Source: an uncultured Flavobacteriales bacterium
GTDB lineage: Bacteria; Bacteroidota; Bacteroidia; Flavobacteriales; UBA1820
Length of the DNA stretch: 64,000 bases
Reading direction: 5' to 3'
NCBI GenBank assembly: GCA_902478645.1
Contig: CABSLV010000004.1
Location: 24,411-88,410 of the forward strand
How positions within the stretch are numbered: position 1 is the stretch's first letter; the number at the start of each line of letters is the position of its first letter. A model generated the notes under the pieces. The model had not been told where the DNA came from. It did no database searches and worked only from the letters and a program-made list of their open reading frames with translations. Positions 1-10,101 of the stretch are shown one piece after another. Both the position numbers and the translations under genes were made by a program.

Positions 1-593
1 TCCAACATGTACGTACGGTAGGAAGTGCCGAAGACCTCGCGGAAGCGGACCTTCATCCGCCGCTCGTGCAGCACTTCGCTGGGGGAAAACGTCTCGAGCA
101 GTTTGACGGCCTGCCCCTGCGGGCCTTCCGAGATGAGAAACTCCCCGGTGGAGACGTCCAGGAAAGCTACGCCGACCCCTTTCTGCCCGAAATGCACCGC
201 CGCCAGGAAGTTGTTCCGTCCCGAGGCGAGCACCTGATCGTTCATCGCCACCCCGGGGGTAACGAGCTCCGTTACGCCGCGTTTGACGATCTTTTTGGCC
301 AGTTTCGGGTCTTCCAGCTGGTCGCACACCGCTACCCGCCGGCCGGCCAGCACCAGTTTGGGCAGATAGGTGTCGATGGCGTGGTACGGAAAACCGGCCA
401 TCGCCGTTTCGGTGGGCAGCCCGGCGCTGCGCTTGGTGAGCACAATGCCCAGGATGCGGGAACACTCCACTGCGTCCTGCCCGTAGGTTTCGTAAAAGTC
501 GCCCACCCGGAACAACAACACCGCATCGGGGTGTTTGGCTTTTATGGCGTTGTACTGCGCCATCAAGGGGGTTTCGGTCGTTTGTTTTGCCAT
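1..593 (-). CDS. mutS: DNA mismatch repair protein MutS, N-terminal ~197 codons (gene runs off the window start)
   Basis: Hand translation of the minus strand from the ATG at 593 gives [41 protein letters not shown]..., the canonical MutS domain I start. It is absent from the ORF track because it is open at the window edge. Confidence 0.9.
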   Translation of the reverse strand, partial: MAKQTTETPLMAQYNAIKAKHPDAVLLFRVGDFYETYGQDAVECSRILGIVLTKRSAGLPTETAMAGFPYHAIDTYLPKLVLAGRRVAVCDQLEDPKLAKKIVKRGVTELVTPGVAMNDQVLASGRNNFLAAVHFGQKGVGVAFLDVSTGEFLISEGPQGQAVKLLETFSPSEVLHERRMKVRFREVFGTSYRTYML

Positions 594-620
594 CGTCGTC
601 TGCTCTTTTCCTCCACGAAG

Positions 621-1571
621 TTAAGAAAATTTCCGTCCCTGCCAATGCCCGCCGGAGCGCATTTTGGCGATGATCTCGCGTTGGATCTCGGGCACGCGCC
701 ACTCCAGCCCCCAATCGGGGGCAAGGCGATACCGGGGCGGGGTCTCGGAGATGAAACGCTCCACCGGCAGATCGGGACGAAGGCGTTCGAGCACTTCGAT
801 GATGAAATCTTCGTATTCCTCCCGACGCTCGAAAAGATGGATCCCTGCCCGATCGCCCTGCAACCAACGCTTTGCCAGCGGCGTGTCGCGCATAAGCTGG
901 AGCTGATGGAATTTTACGGCCGAGAGGGGAAGCTCGTTGATCTGCCGCACGGAATCCAGTTCCCGCTGCCGCCCGGTAAGTCCGAAGAGAAAATGCGCAG
1001 CGGTGTGAAGCCCCCGCCGAGCCGTACGCCGGATCGCGCCCCGGGCCGCGGCGTAGTCGTGCCCCCGGTTTACCTGCGCCAGGACATCGTCGTAGACGCT
1101 TTCCACGCCGTACTCGATGCTGACGAAATGCGTGCGGGACAGGGTGGCAAAAAAATCGAGCATGGCCTCGTCCATGCAGTCGGGACGGGTGCCTATCACC
1201 AGGCCGGAGATAGCGGTATGAGACAATACCCTGGCATAGAGAACCTTAAGATGGTCGGGGTCGCCGTAAGTATTGGTGTAGGCCTGAAAGTAGGCGACGA
1301 ATTGCGCGCTGCGGGGATAGCGTTTGCGCAAGAACCCGATCCCTTCCTCGATCTGCACATCGATGTCCGCGTGGTGGGTATAAAACGGGACGAAGGCTTC
1401 GTTGTTGCAGAAAGTGCAGCCTCCGGTGCCCACCCGCCCGTCGCGGTTGGGGCAAGTAAATCCCCCGGAGAGCGACACTTTCTGCACGCGCCCGCCGAAA
1501 CGCTCCTTGAGCCTTTCGGCCGCGCTGTTGTACGGAAGGGCATCGCCCCAGGGAAAACTCTCGGGAATCAT
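621..1571 (-). CDS. TIGR01212-family radical SAM protein
   Basis: 316 aa with a CPNRDGRVGTGGCTFC cluster motif. Overall similarity to the YhcC/TIGR01212 family. Confidence 0.85.
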   Translation of the reverse strand: MIPESFPWGDALPYNSAAERLKERFGGRVQKVSLSGGFTCPNRDGRVGTGGCTFCNNEAFVPFYTHHADIDVQIEEGIGFLRKRYPRSAQFVAYFQAYTNTYGDPDHLKVLYARVLSHTAISGLVIGTRPDCMDEAMLDFFATLSRTHFVSIEYGVESVYDDVLAQVNRGHDYAAARGAIRRTARRGLHTAAHFLFGLTGRQRELDSVRQINELPLSAVKFHQLQLMRDTPLAKRWLQGDRAGIHLFERREEYEDFIIEVLERLRPDLPVERFISETPPRYRLAPDWGLEWRVPEIQREIIAKMRSGGHWQGRKFS

Positions 1572-1596
1572 CTTCTCTTGGCGGTTTTACAAACGG

Positions 1597-2316
1597 TTAG
1601 AACAAGGCATGCCCCACCGAAGCCGCCGCCACGGCATACAGGGCCGCCGTCTCGGTGCGCAGCCGCGCCTGCCCCAGCGAAACAGGCACATACCCCGCCT
1701 TGAGCGCCGCGTCGAGTTCCTCGGGAGAGAAGTCGCCCTCGGGGCCTATCAGGACGATGCTGTCCTGCGAACGCGCCAACAACGAAGCCGCCTGCTGGCG
1801 TTCCCCCTCCATGCAGTGAGCCATCAGACGGCAGGCGGAAGACGAAGCCGTCTGGCGGAGAAACGTCCGAAAATCGGTCGGAGGGTCGAGCTGCGGGAAG
1901 GTCGCCTTGAGGGACTGCTTGCCGGCCGAGATGATGATCTTTTCCCCCCGGTCACGGTTGTACACCCTCCGTTCGCTGCGGGCGCAGATAAGCGGAGTGA
2001 TACGGTCCACGCCGATCTCGGTGGCTTTCTCGAGCAGCCACTCCATCCGGTCGTTGGATTTGGTGGGTGCTACGGCAATGTGAAGGCGGTAGGGACGCCG
2101 CTGGTCGTCCTCCAGGGTCTGCTCCACGCGTACCGAGACCCCCGAAGGACTTGCCAGGGCGATCCGTCCGCGCACCATCACTCCCCGTCCGTTGGTCGCC
2201 AGGAGGGTTTCGCCTTCGACCATCCGCAGGACTTTGACCACATGGTGGCTTTCGTCCTTGTCCAGGGTAAAAAACTCCTCGGAAGGGAGCAGGGAGGGAG
2301 CGTAAAAGAGTTGCAT
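1597..2316 (-). CDS. rsmE: 16S rRNA (uracil1498-N3)-methyltransferase
   Basis: 239 aa. MQLFY start, ...HHVVKVLRM..., and a C-terminal LIGPEGDFSPEE...LGQARLRTETAA SPOUT knot motif. Confidence 0.85.
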   Translation of the reverse strand: MQLFYAPSLLPSEEFFTLDKDESHHVVKVLRMVEGETLLATNGRGVMVRGRIALASPSGVSVRVEQTLEDDQRRPYRLHIAVAPTKSNDRMEWLLEKATEIGVDRITPLICARSERRVYNRDRGEKIIISAGKQSLKATFPQLDPPTDFRTFLRQTASSSACRLMAHCMEGERQQAASLLARSQDSIVLIGPEGDFSPEELDAALKAGYVPVSLGQARLRTETAALYAVAAASVGHALF

Positions 2317-2340
2317 ATCCGGAAATGATGTTTTCTTCGT

Positions 2341-3369
2341 CTAGAGCGAATACCGCGCCTGCGCCACGGCGGACTCGTCGGTGAACTGCCCTCGGAGGTA
2401 CTTGAAATACCCCGTTACGGCGATCATCGCGGCATTGTCCGTGGTAAACTTGAGGGCCGGCAGGTGCAGGACGATCCCCTGCCGGGAAGCGGCCTGCTGC
2501 AAAGCCTCGCGCAAGCCCGAGTTGGCCGAAACGCCACCGGCGATGGCTGCCTCACGGATGCCGGTCTGCCGGACGGCACGCAGGAGTTTGGAGACCAATA
2601 TGTCCACGATCGTCCCTTGTACCGAAGCACAAAGGTCGGCCAGGTGTTCCCGGACGAAATCGGGGTCTTCCTTTTCCTTTTTCTGTAAAAAGTACAACAC
2701 CGAGGTCTTGAGCCCCGAGAAACTGAAATCCAGCCCGCCCGGTTCGGGGCGGGAAAAGGAGAAGGCCTTCGGATCGCCCTCCCGCGCCAGGCGGTCGATG
2801 TGCGGTCCGGCCGGATAGGGCAAGGAAAGCATCTTGCCGATCTTGTCGAAAGCCTCACCCGCGGCATCGTCGATGGTCGAACCCAGGACGGTCTGTTCCA
2901 GGTAGTCGTCCACCCGCACGATCTGCGTGTGTCCGCCGCTGACGGTCAGACACAGGAACGGGAAATGCGGCACGGGGCGGCCGCTGCCGTCTTCCACGAA
3001 ATTGGCCAGGATGTGCCCCTGCATATGGTTGACCTCGATCAAAGGGACTCCCAGCGCGACCGAAAGGCTCTTGGCAAACGAGGTGCCCACCAAAAGCGAA
3101 CCCATCAGGCCCGGTCCGCGCGTAAAAGCGATTGCGGTTATGTCCTCTTTGCGTATATTTGCTTGTCTGATGGCAGCATCGACCACCGGGACGATATTCT
3201 GCTGGTGGGCGCGCGAAGCCAGTTCGGGGACTACGCCTCCCCAGAGTTCGTGGACTTTCTGCGAGGCGATGACGGTGGAAAGCAACTGCGTACCGCGCAC
3301 CACGGCCGCAGAGGTGTCGTCGCAGGAGGATTCGATGCCCAGGATAACGGGCTGCTCAAATGTTGTCAT
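2341..3369 (-). CDS. tsaD: tRNA N6-adenosine threonylcarbamoyltransferase
   Basis: ILGIESSCDDTSAAVV, GPGLMGSLLVG and HMQGHI motifs. Start trimmed to the internal ATG at 3369 (MTTFEQPVILGIESSCDD). The upstream 31 codons in the track ORF look non-coding. Confidence 0.92.
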   Translation of the reverse strand: MTTFEQPVILGIESSCDDTSAAVVRGTQLLSTVIASQKVHELWGGVVPELASRAHQQNIVPVVDAAIRQANIRKEDITAIAFTRGPGLMGSLLVGTSFAKSLSVALGVPLIEVNHMQGHILANFVEDGSGRPVPHFPFLCLTVSGGHTQIVRVDDYLEQTVLGSTIDDAAGEAFDKIGKMLSLPYPAGPHIDRLAREGDPKAFSFSRPEPGGLDFSFSGLKTSVLYFLQKKEKEDPDFVREHLADLCASVQGTIVDILVSKLLRAVRQTGIREAAIAGGVSANSGLREALQQAASRQGIVLHLPALKFTTDNAAMIAVTGYFKYLRGQFTDESAVAQARYSL

Positions 3370-3479
3370 GGGACAAAAATACGTAAAGGCGAGCGCAGCG
3401 GCAAGGGAGAAAACGAAGTTTTCGCACCGCGCCAACGGCCGAGAGTGCCGCCTGTTTTTCAAAAACGAACATTATCCGC

Positions 3480-6400
3480 ATGAATAAAATCGCCCGGAGG
3501 GCGTCCATATGGCTGACTGGTCTGTTGCTGCTCGTAGCCTTGGCAGCGGGCAGCCTGTTGCTTTCGCCGGTGCAGAGCTTCCTGGGAAGAAAAGCCGCGG
3601 AACTCCTCTCGCAGCACATCCCCCAGCAGGCGAGCATCGGGCGGATCGACATCCGACCGTCTGGACGGATCTTCCTTTCGGACATCCGGGTGCTGGACCA
3701 CCGGGGAGATACCCTGATCGCCATCGACTCGGTCCGGGCACGGATAAAGCGGAGCTCGCTGTGGACCGGCCGCCTGGCCTTCCGGCAAGCCGACCTATAC
3801 GGCCCGAAAGTGCGGGTGATCAAATATCCCGGGGAGGAGCGCTCCTCCCTCGCACTGTTTCTGGAGCACCTCAAGGGCGAAAAGAAAAGACCTTTTTATC
3901 TGGACATCGCCCGTGTCCGTTTGCTCTCGGGGGAGTTTTCCTTCCGGGACGATGAAAAAGGGCAGCACGAGGCCGTACAAAACCTGTCTTTGGGCGTGTC
4001 CGGGTTGTCGATCGCCCCGGGCGACTACCGCGCTACGCTCGACTCCCTGCAGGCGCAAGGCCGCGACGGGAGCCGGATCCGCCATCTCTCGGGAGAATTC
4101 CGCTTTGCCCCCCGGGGGATCATCGCCGACGGGGTAAAACTGCTCACCGAATACAGCGACCTGTCGTTTTCGGCTTCCGCGTACCTGCCCGAGAAAGACT
4201 CCACGGGGCAGACCTTCGGGCAACGCCTGCGCCAGGGAGAGTTTTCCCTATCTGTCGATTCCTCGCACATCGACCCGCGCGACGTCCGGCCGTTTTACCC
4301 CCGGGCGGAAGGGATCCCTCCCCTCGAACTCGCGGCCCACATCGTGGCACAAAAGGGTCTTCTGGATGTAAAAAATCTCGACTTGTCGGTCGGCGATCTG
4401 CTCTCTGCCGACCTCTCCGGCCGGATAGACGCCCCGACTTCGCTGCGGGAAGGCAGCGGAAACATCGTGCTGAAAAATCTCCGGATACTGCCCGGGGAGG
4501 CCCTCGCCGTGGCCAAACGAGCCGCCGGTGGAAAACTCTCCGGAAAGGCCCTCGACAAACTCTCCTCGGTGGCCTACCTTTCGGGAAGCGGGCTGCTCAC
4601 CTTGGAAAAAGGGAACGTAACTTCCGTCGTTTCGCTCACCACCCGTCAGCACGGGCGGATCTTCCTGCGCGGACAGTCCACCGACCTGTGGAATCGGAAA
4701 AATGCCCGCTATACGGCGCGCGCAGTGCTGGAAAACGTCAATGCCGGCCTGCTCACCGGTTCGGAGAGCCTGGGGAAAACCACCCTCTTTGCCGACATCC
4801 GGGGACGGGGTTTCCAACCGGACAACGCGACGGTAGAACTCCGTTCGTCGATCCCGCTGCTGGAATTCCGGCAATATCCCTACTCCGGCATCTCCCTGCA
4901 AGCCGACCTGAAAGGCGGAGTACTGGCCGTCGAGACGACGGTAAACGACCCGAATCTGGCTGCCAAGGTCTCCACCCGGGTGGAACGGGGTGCGGAAAAA
5001 GGCTCGCTGCACACCTATCTGGACATGTACCTGGACCAGAGCGACCTTCACGCCCTGGGACTGGTGCAGGACAGCATCGTCAACCTGCGCGGTACGATCC
5101 AGGCGGAACTCATCGGTTCGGGACCGGACGACGTGCTGGGAACGGTCGATCTCTCGGAGATGAGCTACAACAACGGCAACAACTACTACTACATCGACCG
5201 GATCCGCATCGCCTCCGAACAGATCGACAGTCTTTCCCGCCGCCTTTCGATCGAATCCGAAGACTTGTTCAGCGGACACATCCAGGGCAACTATCTCCTT
5301 TCCCAAGTCCCCGCTGCAGTGGCCAACGGGCTGCTCTCGGGCTTCAAAGCCTACCGGAAAAAGGAAGTAACCCCCGGACAGCAATACGACTTCCAGTTCA
5401 ACATCACGGCCTCGAACGTAAAGATCGTCAATACCCCCCTGATCTTCGACGGACGTACGCACTTCGGCGGACGGGTCGATACTTCGGGCGATGATTTCTC
5501 CCTCGAGATCCTGGCCGACCGGATCAACTACCGGGACATCCTGGTCGATACGCTCCAGATGCGCCTCAACACCGCCCTGGCCAACGTGCTGACCCTCCAG
5601 GCCGACAAATTCATCAACCCGGTGTACAGCATCGAAGGCTTGGACTTCTCCGCACTGCGCTACGCGGACAGCCTGGCCATCCGCAGCGACTTTCACAAGT
5701 GGAACAGCGCGGACAGCATTGCTTTCCACCTCAACGCCTACCAGAAGGACGACGCGCAGGGGAACATCATCGTGGGTTTCCTCCCCTCACGGATCGATCT
5801 GGAACACCTCGGTTGGCGTTTCGGCAGCCAGGGGATCCCCGGACGCGACCGCGTCGTATGGAACGTGAACAGCGGCGAAGTACGCATCGATTCGATCGAG
5901 ATGACCTCCGGGGAGGCGATGATCGGCGCCGGGGGATTCTACACCCCGCGCGATTCGATGGACCTGCGGCTGGAGGTCCGTTCGCTCGACCTTTCACGAA
6001 CGGTATTCCTGCGCAACAATGTCCCGCTGGAAGGCAACCTCAACGGGCTTCTCCACCTCTCCCGGGTCGATGCCCAGGCTACGGTCATCCCGGAAGCCTC
6101 CCTGCGCATCGATTCGCTGGCCATCGGGACGAGCCGCATCGGCAACTTCGATCTGTCGGTAGTGGCCGACCTGGGGAAAGGCTACGTGAGTACCTCCGCC
6201 CACCTGATCCACGGAGCGAGGGAAGCTCTGGCGCTTTCCGGCGGATTAAGGATCGAGGAGCGAAGCCTGACCCCCGAGATAGACATTTCGCTGGACAGCC
6301 TGCCGGTCGATGCGGTGCATTACCTGCTGCCTACGGTTTTCAACCGATCGAGCGGTTACGCCTCGGCCCGGCTCGAAATGCGCGGGCGGTTGCGACAACC

Positions 6401-8054
6401 CGACATCAACGGAACCGTCCGTCTGGACGGGACCCGACTGGGGATCAATTTTACCAACGTGGAATACTCCGTTCCCGACGGTACGATGGTGCCGGTGCGC
6501 AACAGTTTCTTTTACTTCGAGAAAATCCCGGTGCGGGATGTGATCTATGGCACCCAGGGAACCTTGCAGGGCCGGATCTACCACGACCGGTTCAAACCCT
6601 GGTATCTCGACCTGCGCGCCGACGCCGACCGGATGCTGGTACTCAACACCACGGGCGAGAACGAAGAGAAATTTTACGGACGGGTCTTCGCTACGGGTTA
6701 CCTGCAACTCCAGGGCCCGACCCAGGCGTTAAAATACAACATCGCAGGCCGTACCGAACGCAATACCACCTTTGCCATCGACATCGGCAGCACGTCGGAC
6801 TTCAAGGAATCCCAGATGATCACTTTCGTCCCGCCCCACGGCTCTCACGTAGACTCACTGCTGTTGAACCTGAAAAAGAAGATCGTCAAGACAGCGGCCT
6901 CCTCCTCGAGCGAGATGGACATCGCCATCCAGGCCACCCCGCAGGCCACCCTGACCCTTTACCTGGACAAAGCCACCGGGCACATGATCCAGGCCACCGG
7001 ACAGGGAAATCTCTCCATGCATCTCTCACCCAAAGGGACCTTTACGCTCAACGGGACTTACGAAGCGACGGGAGGAACCTACAACTTCGTATACACCATC
7101 ATCAAACGGCCTTTCAACCTGCTCTCGGGCGGAAAGATCACTTTCGACGGCGACCCGGCCAACCCTTCGCTCGACCTTTCGGCTTCGTACAAGACAACCG
7201 TCAAACCGGCCGTATTCCTGTCCTCCGTGGCCGAAAACGCCCGGGAAGAAGTCCTGACCACCATTCACTTGACGGGCGATCTGAACAATCCGGTGTACAA
7301 TTTCGACATCCAGATGCCCCGCGCCACCGAAAACGTCCAGGAGGAACTCGCTTACCGCCTCTCCGACCAGGAACAACTCAACCAGCAGTTCATTTCGCTG
7401 ATGGTGCTCAATTCGTTCTCGGCCAGCGGGGAAAATGAAAACCAAAACCTGGTGGCCACCGGTGTATCGGGCCTGACGGCCAACATGCTTTCCTCGCAGT
7501 TCTCCAACATCCTCCAGCGTTTTGTCCAAGGAGTGGACATCAACGTCAATCTCAATACCGCCACCAACCGATACATCGGCACGACCGAAAGCACGGATGT
7601 GGAGATCGGGGTTTCCACCAAATTTTTCGGCGACCGCATGACGGTAAACGGCATCGTGGGCGTACCGACCGGCACCACCCAGTCCGACCTGGTCGGGGAC
7701 GTGGAGATCGAATACAACATCACCCCCGACGGACGGCTTCGCGCCGTGTTCGTCAACCGTCGTCAGAACGACTACCTGAACAACCAACAAGGCTACCTGC
7801 AAAGCATCGGTGTATCGTACCGGCAGGAATTCAACACCTTCCGCGAACTAGGAGCCTTGATCAAACAATCCTTCTCCGGGAAAAAATCCGAACAGCGACG
7901 CAAAGCCCGCGCCGAACGAAAAGCCGAACGCATACGCGAGCAACAACCCCTCCCCTCCCCGGAGCTCCTGCCCACTCCGGCGACCGACACACTCGACACG
8001 GTGCCCGAAACACCTGCCACAGACAGCGCCACTGCCAAAATCTCTTTCCGATGA
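3480..8054 (+). CDS. tamB: Translocation/assembly module protein TamB-like (AsmA/DUF490 family)
   Basis: 1524 aa. N-terminal membrane anchor (IWLTGLLLLVALAAGSLLL), a very long beta-rich body and a DUF490-like C-terminal region. Divergent from tsaD. Confidence 0.75.
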   Translation: MNKIARRASIWLTGLLLLVALAAGSLLLSPVQSFLGRKAAELLSQHIPQQASIGRIDIRPSGRIFLSDIRVLDHRGDTLIAIDSVRARIKRSSLWTGRLAFRQADLYGPKVRVIKYPGEERSSLALFLEHLKGEKKRPFYLDIARVRLLSGEFSFRDDEKGQHEAVQNLSLGVSGLSIAPGDYRATLDSLQAQGRDGSRIRHLSGEFRFAPRGIIADGVKLLTEYSDLSFSASAYLPEKDSTGQTFGQRLRQGEFSLSVDSSHIDPRDVRPFYPRAEGIPPLELAAHIVAQKGLLDVKNLDLSVGDLLSADLSGRIDAPTSLREGSGNIVLKNLRILPGEALAVAKRAAGGKLSGKALDKLSSVAYLSGSGLLTLEKGNVTSVVSLTTRQHGRIFLRGQSTDLWNRKNARYTARAVLENVNAGLLTGSESLGKTTLFADIRGRGFQPDNATVELRSSIPLLEFRQYPYSGISLQADLKGGVLAVETTVNDPNLAAKVSTRVERGAEKGSLHTYLDMYLDQSDLHALGLVQDSIVNLRGTIQAELIGSGPDDVLGTVDLSEMSYNNGNNYYYIDRIRIASEQIDSLSRRLSIESEDLFSGHIQGNYLLSQVPAAVANGLLSGFKAYRKKEVTPGQQYDFQFNITASNVKIVNTPLIFDGRTHFGGRVDTSGDDFSLEILADRINYRDILVDTLQMRLNTALANVLTLQADKFINPVYSIEGLDFSALRYADSLAIRSDFHKWNSADSIAFHLNAYQKDDAQGNIIVGFLPSRIDLEHLGWRFGSQGIPGRDRVVWNVNSGEVRIDSIEMTSGEAMIGAGGFYTPRDSMDLRLEVRSLDLSRTVFLRNNVPLEGNLNGLLHLSRVDAQATVIPEASLRIDSLAIGTSRIGNFDLSVVADLGKGYVSTSAHLIHGAREALALSGGLRIEERSLTPEIDISLDSLPVDAVHYLLPTVFNRSSGYASARLEMRGRLRQPDINGTVRLDGTRLGINFTNVEYSVPDGTMVPVRNSFFYFEKIPVRDVIYGTQGTLQGRIYHDRFKPWYLDLRADADRMLVLNTTGENEEKFYGRVFATGYLQLQGPTQALKYNIAGRTERNTTFAIDIGSTSDFKESQMITFVPPHGSHVDSLLLNLKKKIVKTAASSSSEMDIAIQATPQATLTLYLDKATGHMIQATGQGNLSMHLSPKGTFTLNGTYEATGGTYNFVYTIIKRPFNLLSGGKITFDGDPANPSLDLSASYKTTVKPAVFLSSVAENAREEVLTTIHLTGDLNNPVYNFDIQMPRATENVQEELAYRLSDQEQLNQQFISLMVLNSFSASGENENQNLVATGVSGLTANMLSSQFSNILQRFVQGVDINVNLNTATNRYIGTTESTDVEIGVSTKFFGDRMTVNGIVGVPTGTTQSDLVGDVEIEYNITPDGRLRAVFVNRRQNDYLNNQQGYLQSIGVSYRQEFNTFRELGALIKQSFSGKKSEQRRKARAERKAERIREQQPLPSPELLPTPATDTLDTVPETPATDSATAKISFR

Positions 8055-8788
8055 GCTCCAACCGATCCGCCGGCTTGTTCCGTTTCCAACGCTTTTCGAT
8101 GACCCATGCCCGCTCGCCGATGAAGATCGGTACGGACGGAGTCCTGTTGGGGGCCTGGTGCGACGGTTCGCAGGCCCGATGGGCGCTGGACGCAGGGACC
8201 GGTTGCGGGCTGATCGCCCTGATGCTGGCACAACGCTACCCGCTGTTGCAGGTAGAAGGCATCGACATCGATACGGGAGCCGTAGCCGACGCCCGGGAAA
8301 ACTTTGCTGGCAGCCCCTTTGCCGAGCGCCTTTCCGTGCGCCAGGGCGACGTGCTGACCGCCGATTTTCCCCGGCGCTACGACCTGATCGTCTCCAACCC
8401 GCCTTTTTTCACCGAAGACACCCTCCCTCCGGAGGCTTCCCGCGCCGCAGCACGCCATGCCGTCCACCTGCCGGCGGAGGCGTTTGCTCGCAAGATTACC
8501 CAGATCCTCGCCCCCTCGGGGCGTGTCGCGCTGATCTATCCCTACCGGGAGGCGGACCGGATCGTCGGCTTCTTTGCTGCAGAAGGTCTGTACCTGGCCC
8601 GGCGCACGGATGTGCGGGGCGGAGCCGGACGGCCGTTAAAACGTTCGCTGCTGGAATTTTCCTTCACCCCTGTACGGGCAGAAGAGGTGGCGGCAGATAC
8701 CTTGCAACTGTGCGAGGAAAACGGGAGGCGCAGCACACAATACCGGGAACTCACCCGAGGGTTTCATCCCGATACTCCCTCGTTGTAG
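8051..8788 (+). CDS. tRNA1(Val) (adenine37-N6)-methyltransferase (YfiC/TrmN6 family)
   Basis: FRFQRFSM...MKIGTDGVLLGAW start, GTGCGLIALMLAQR SAM motif and a DLIVSNPPFF catalytic motif. ATGA overlap with the tamB stop. Confidence 0.8.
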   Translation: MSSNRSAGLFRFQRFSMTHARSPMKIGTDGVLLGAWCDGSQARWALDAGTGCGLIALMLAQRYPLLQVEGIDIDTGAVADARENFAGSPFAERLSVRQGDVLTADFPRRYDLIVSNPPFFTEDTLPPEASRAAARHAVHLPAEAFARKITQILAPSGRVALIYPYREADRIVGFFAAEGLYLARRTDVRGGAGRPLKRSLLEFSFTPVRAEEVAADTLQLCEENGRRSTQYRELTRGFHPDTPSL

Positions 8789-8964
8789 GGATGGCCGCGA
8801 AAAAAATTAGCCAACATAGGGGATTGGCGTTCCCCGGGGATCGCCGCATCTTTGTCCATGTAATCATGGATGATTGATGTTGTATATTTTTTAATAGATT
8901 TTTGATCCCTGAAAGGCGCTTGCGACATTTCTTCTTTTCGGCAGGCGCCTTTTTCCATGCCTTG

Positions 8965-9564
8965 TCAGCAGCGGCTCTCCCATTCGTTCCGGATGCGGAC
9001 GAGCAAACGAGACAAACGCCGGAGAGCCCCCGGCGGCGGGACATGTCGTCGTCCCCGCGTACCGGCTACCCGCACACGGCGTACCTTCACTCCGCCGGCA
9101 CGAAGGATTTCTCCCACCGCACGCCCTGCTCCGCCGCTCTGCCCGAAAAGCCGGTCGAAAGGAAACGGGGTCGTACAGGCCGTTACGACGATTCCCCGAC
9201 GCCCCCGAAGTTTCTTCTGCGGCAACCCATGCGACCCCTCGCCCATGAAAACAGGCACCAGACGATCGAAAAGCACCTTGAGCGGGCCGCTCATGTTGGC
9301 CCAATAAACCGGCGTTCCCACGACGATGAGATCGGCCTGGCGCAGGAGATCTGCAACGCGGTGCGCGTCGTCCTCGGGCAGGCGGCATACGCCCTCGCGC
9401 CGACATGCCATACAGCCGGTACAGGGTTGGATGTGCAACCGGGAAGGGGAAAACAAGGATACTTCGCCGCCGATGGTCTTCGCGGCGTGTTCCATCATCC
9501 GGGAGATCAGCCCATCAGGACGGGGAGAACCATTGAGAATAACGGTACGTATCGGCCTTTTCAT
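8965..9564 (-). CDS. Flavodoxin-like fold NAD(P)H-dependent FMN reductase / iron-sulfur flavoprotein
   Basis: VILNGSPRPDG..., CTGCMAC and ADLIVVGTPVYWANMSGPLK motifs. Confidence 0.7.
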   Translation of the reverse strand: MKRPIRTVILNGSPRPDGLISRMMEHAAKTIGGEVSLFSPSRLHIQPCTGCMACRREGVCRLPEDDAHRVADLLRQADLIVVGTPVYWANMSGPLKVLFDRLVPVFMGEGSHGLPQKKLRGRRGIVVTACTTPFPFDRLFGQSGGAGRAVGEILRAGGVKVRRVRVAGTRGRRHVPPPGALRRLSRLLVRIRNEWESRC

Positions 9565-9591
9565 TTCCAGTAGTCCCCTCCGGGGAGGTTA

Positions 9592-9936
9592 TTATTTCCC
9601 CTCGGAATGCTCGTCGGTGGGGTCGAAAGGATACTTGCGCCGGGGATTGCGCGGGAACCATCCCTTGCGCACCCGTTCCTGTTGTTCGAAGATCTCCTTG
9701 ATGCCCCACAGGCAGGTGAAGGCAAACACGCCCAAAAGTGCCGACAGGGTGATGTCCTGCACGTACACTGCGGCGGCAATCCCGAGCAGCCCCAGCAGCA
9801 GGAAGGCCCACCAGATGCGGGTCCCGAAATAATACTCGCCTTTGATCACCGCCGGATGCGATGCGCCGATGATCAGAAAAGTCAAGGCTCCGATGAGCAG
9901 GCCGTTGAAGTTGAGGGTGTCAATCCATGCTTCCAT
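9592..9936 (-). CDS. Small membrane protein, DUF4491-like
   Basis: 114 aa with 3 hydrophobic helices and a conserved-looking GEYYFGTRIWW...KGWFPRNP tail. Family assignment is from memory. Confidence 0.55.
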   Translation of the reverse strand: MEAWIDTLNFNGLLIGALTFLIIGASHPAVIKGEYYFGTRIWWAFLLLGLLGIAAAVYVQDITLSALLGVFAFTCLWGIKEIFEQQERVRKGWFPRNPRRKYPFDPTDEHSEGK

Positions 9937-10101
9937 TTTCCGTAGCTGTTTTTAGGTATCGATCGGGGTAAAATTAGTCATTCCGGGGGATTTCCCCGGG
10001 AAATATTTTGCAATTATTTTGCGACCGTGGCGGGTTTCGGCCTGCCAGCCGAGGGAAAATTGGAGTAACTTTGCACCCGGAAAGGGTATAAAACGCGCAT
10101 T

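Noticed and set aside
66-1703. A 545-aa plus-strand ORF spanning the start of the window
   Set aside because: It lies antisense to three well-supported minus-strand genes (mutS 5' end, TIGR01212 rSAM, rsmE). Its translation is low-complexity and Arg/Gly/Pro/Ala-rich, which is typical of stop-poor antisense frames in high-GC DNA.
8789-8964. Small ORFs and a possible terminator hairpin between trmN6 and the flavoprotein gene
   Set aside because: The ORFs (for example 8764-8958) have no protein-like features and overlap each other. The aaaggcgc/gcgccttt stem is only 8 bp with a 27-nt loop, which is too weak to call.
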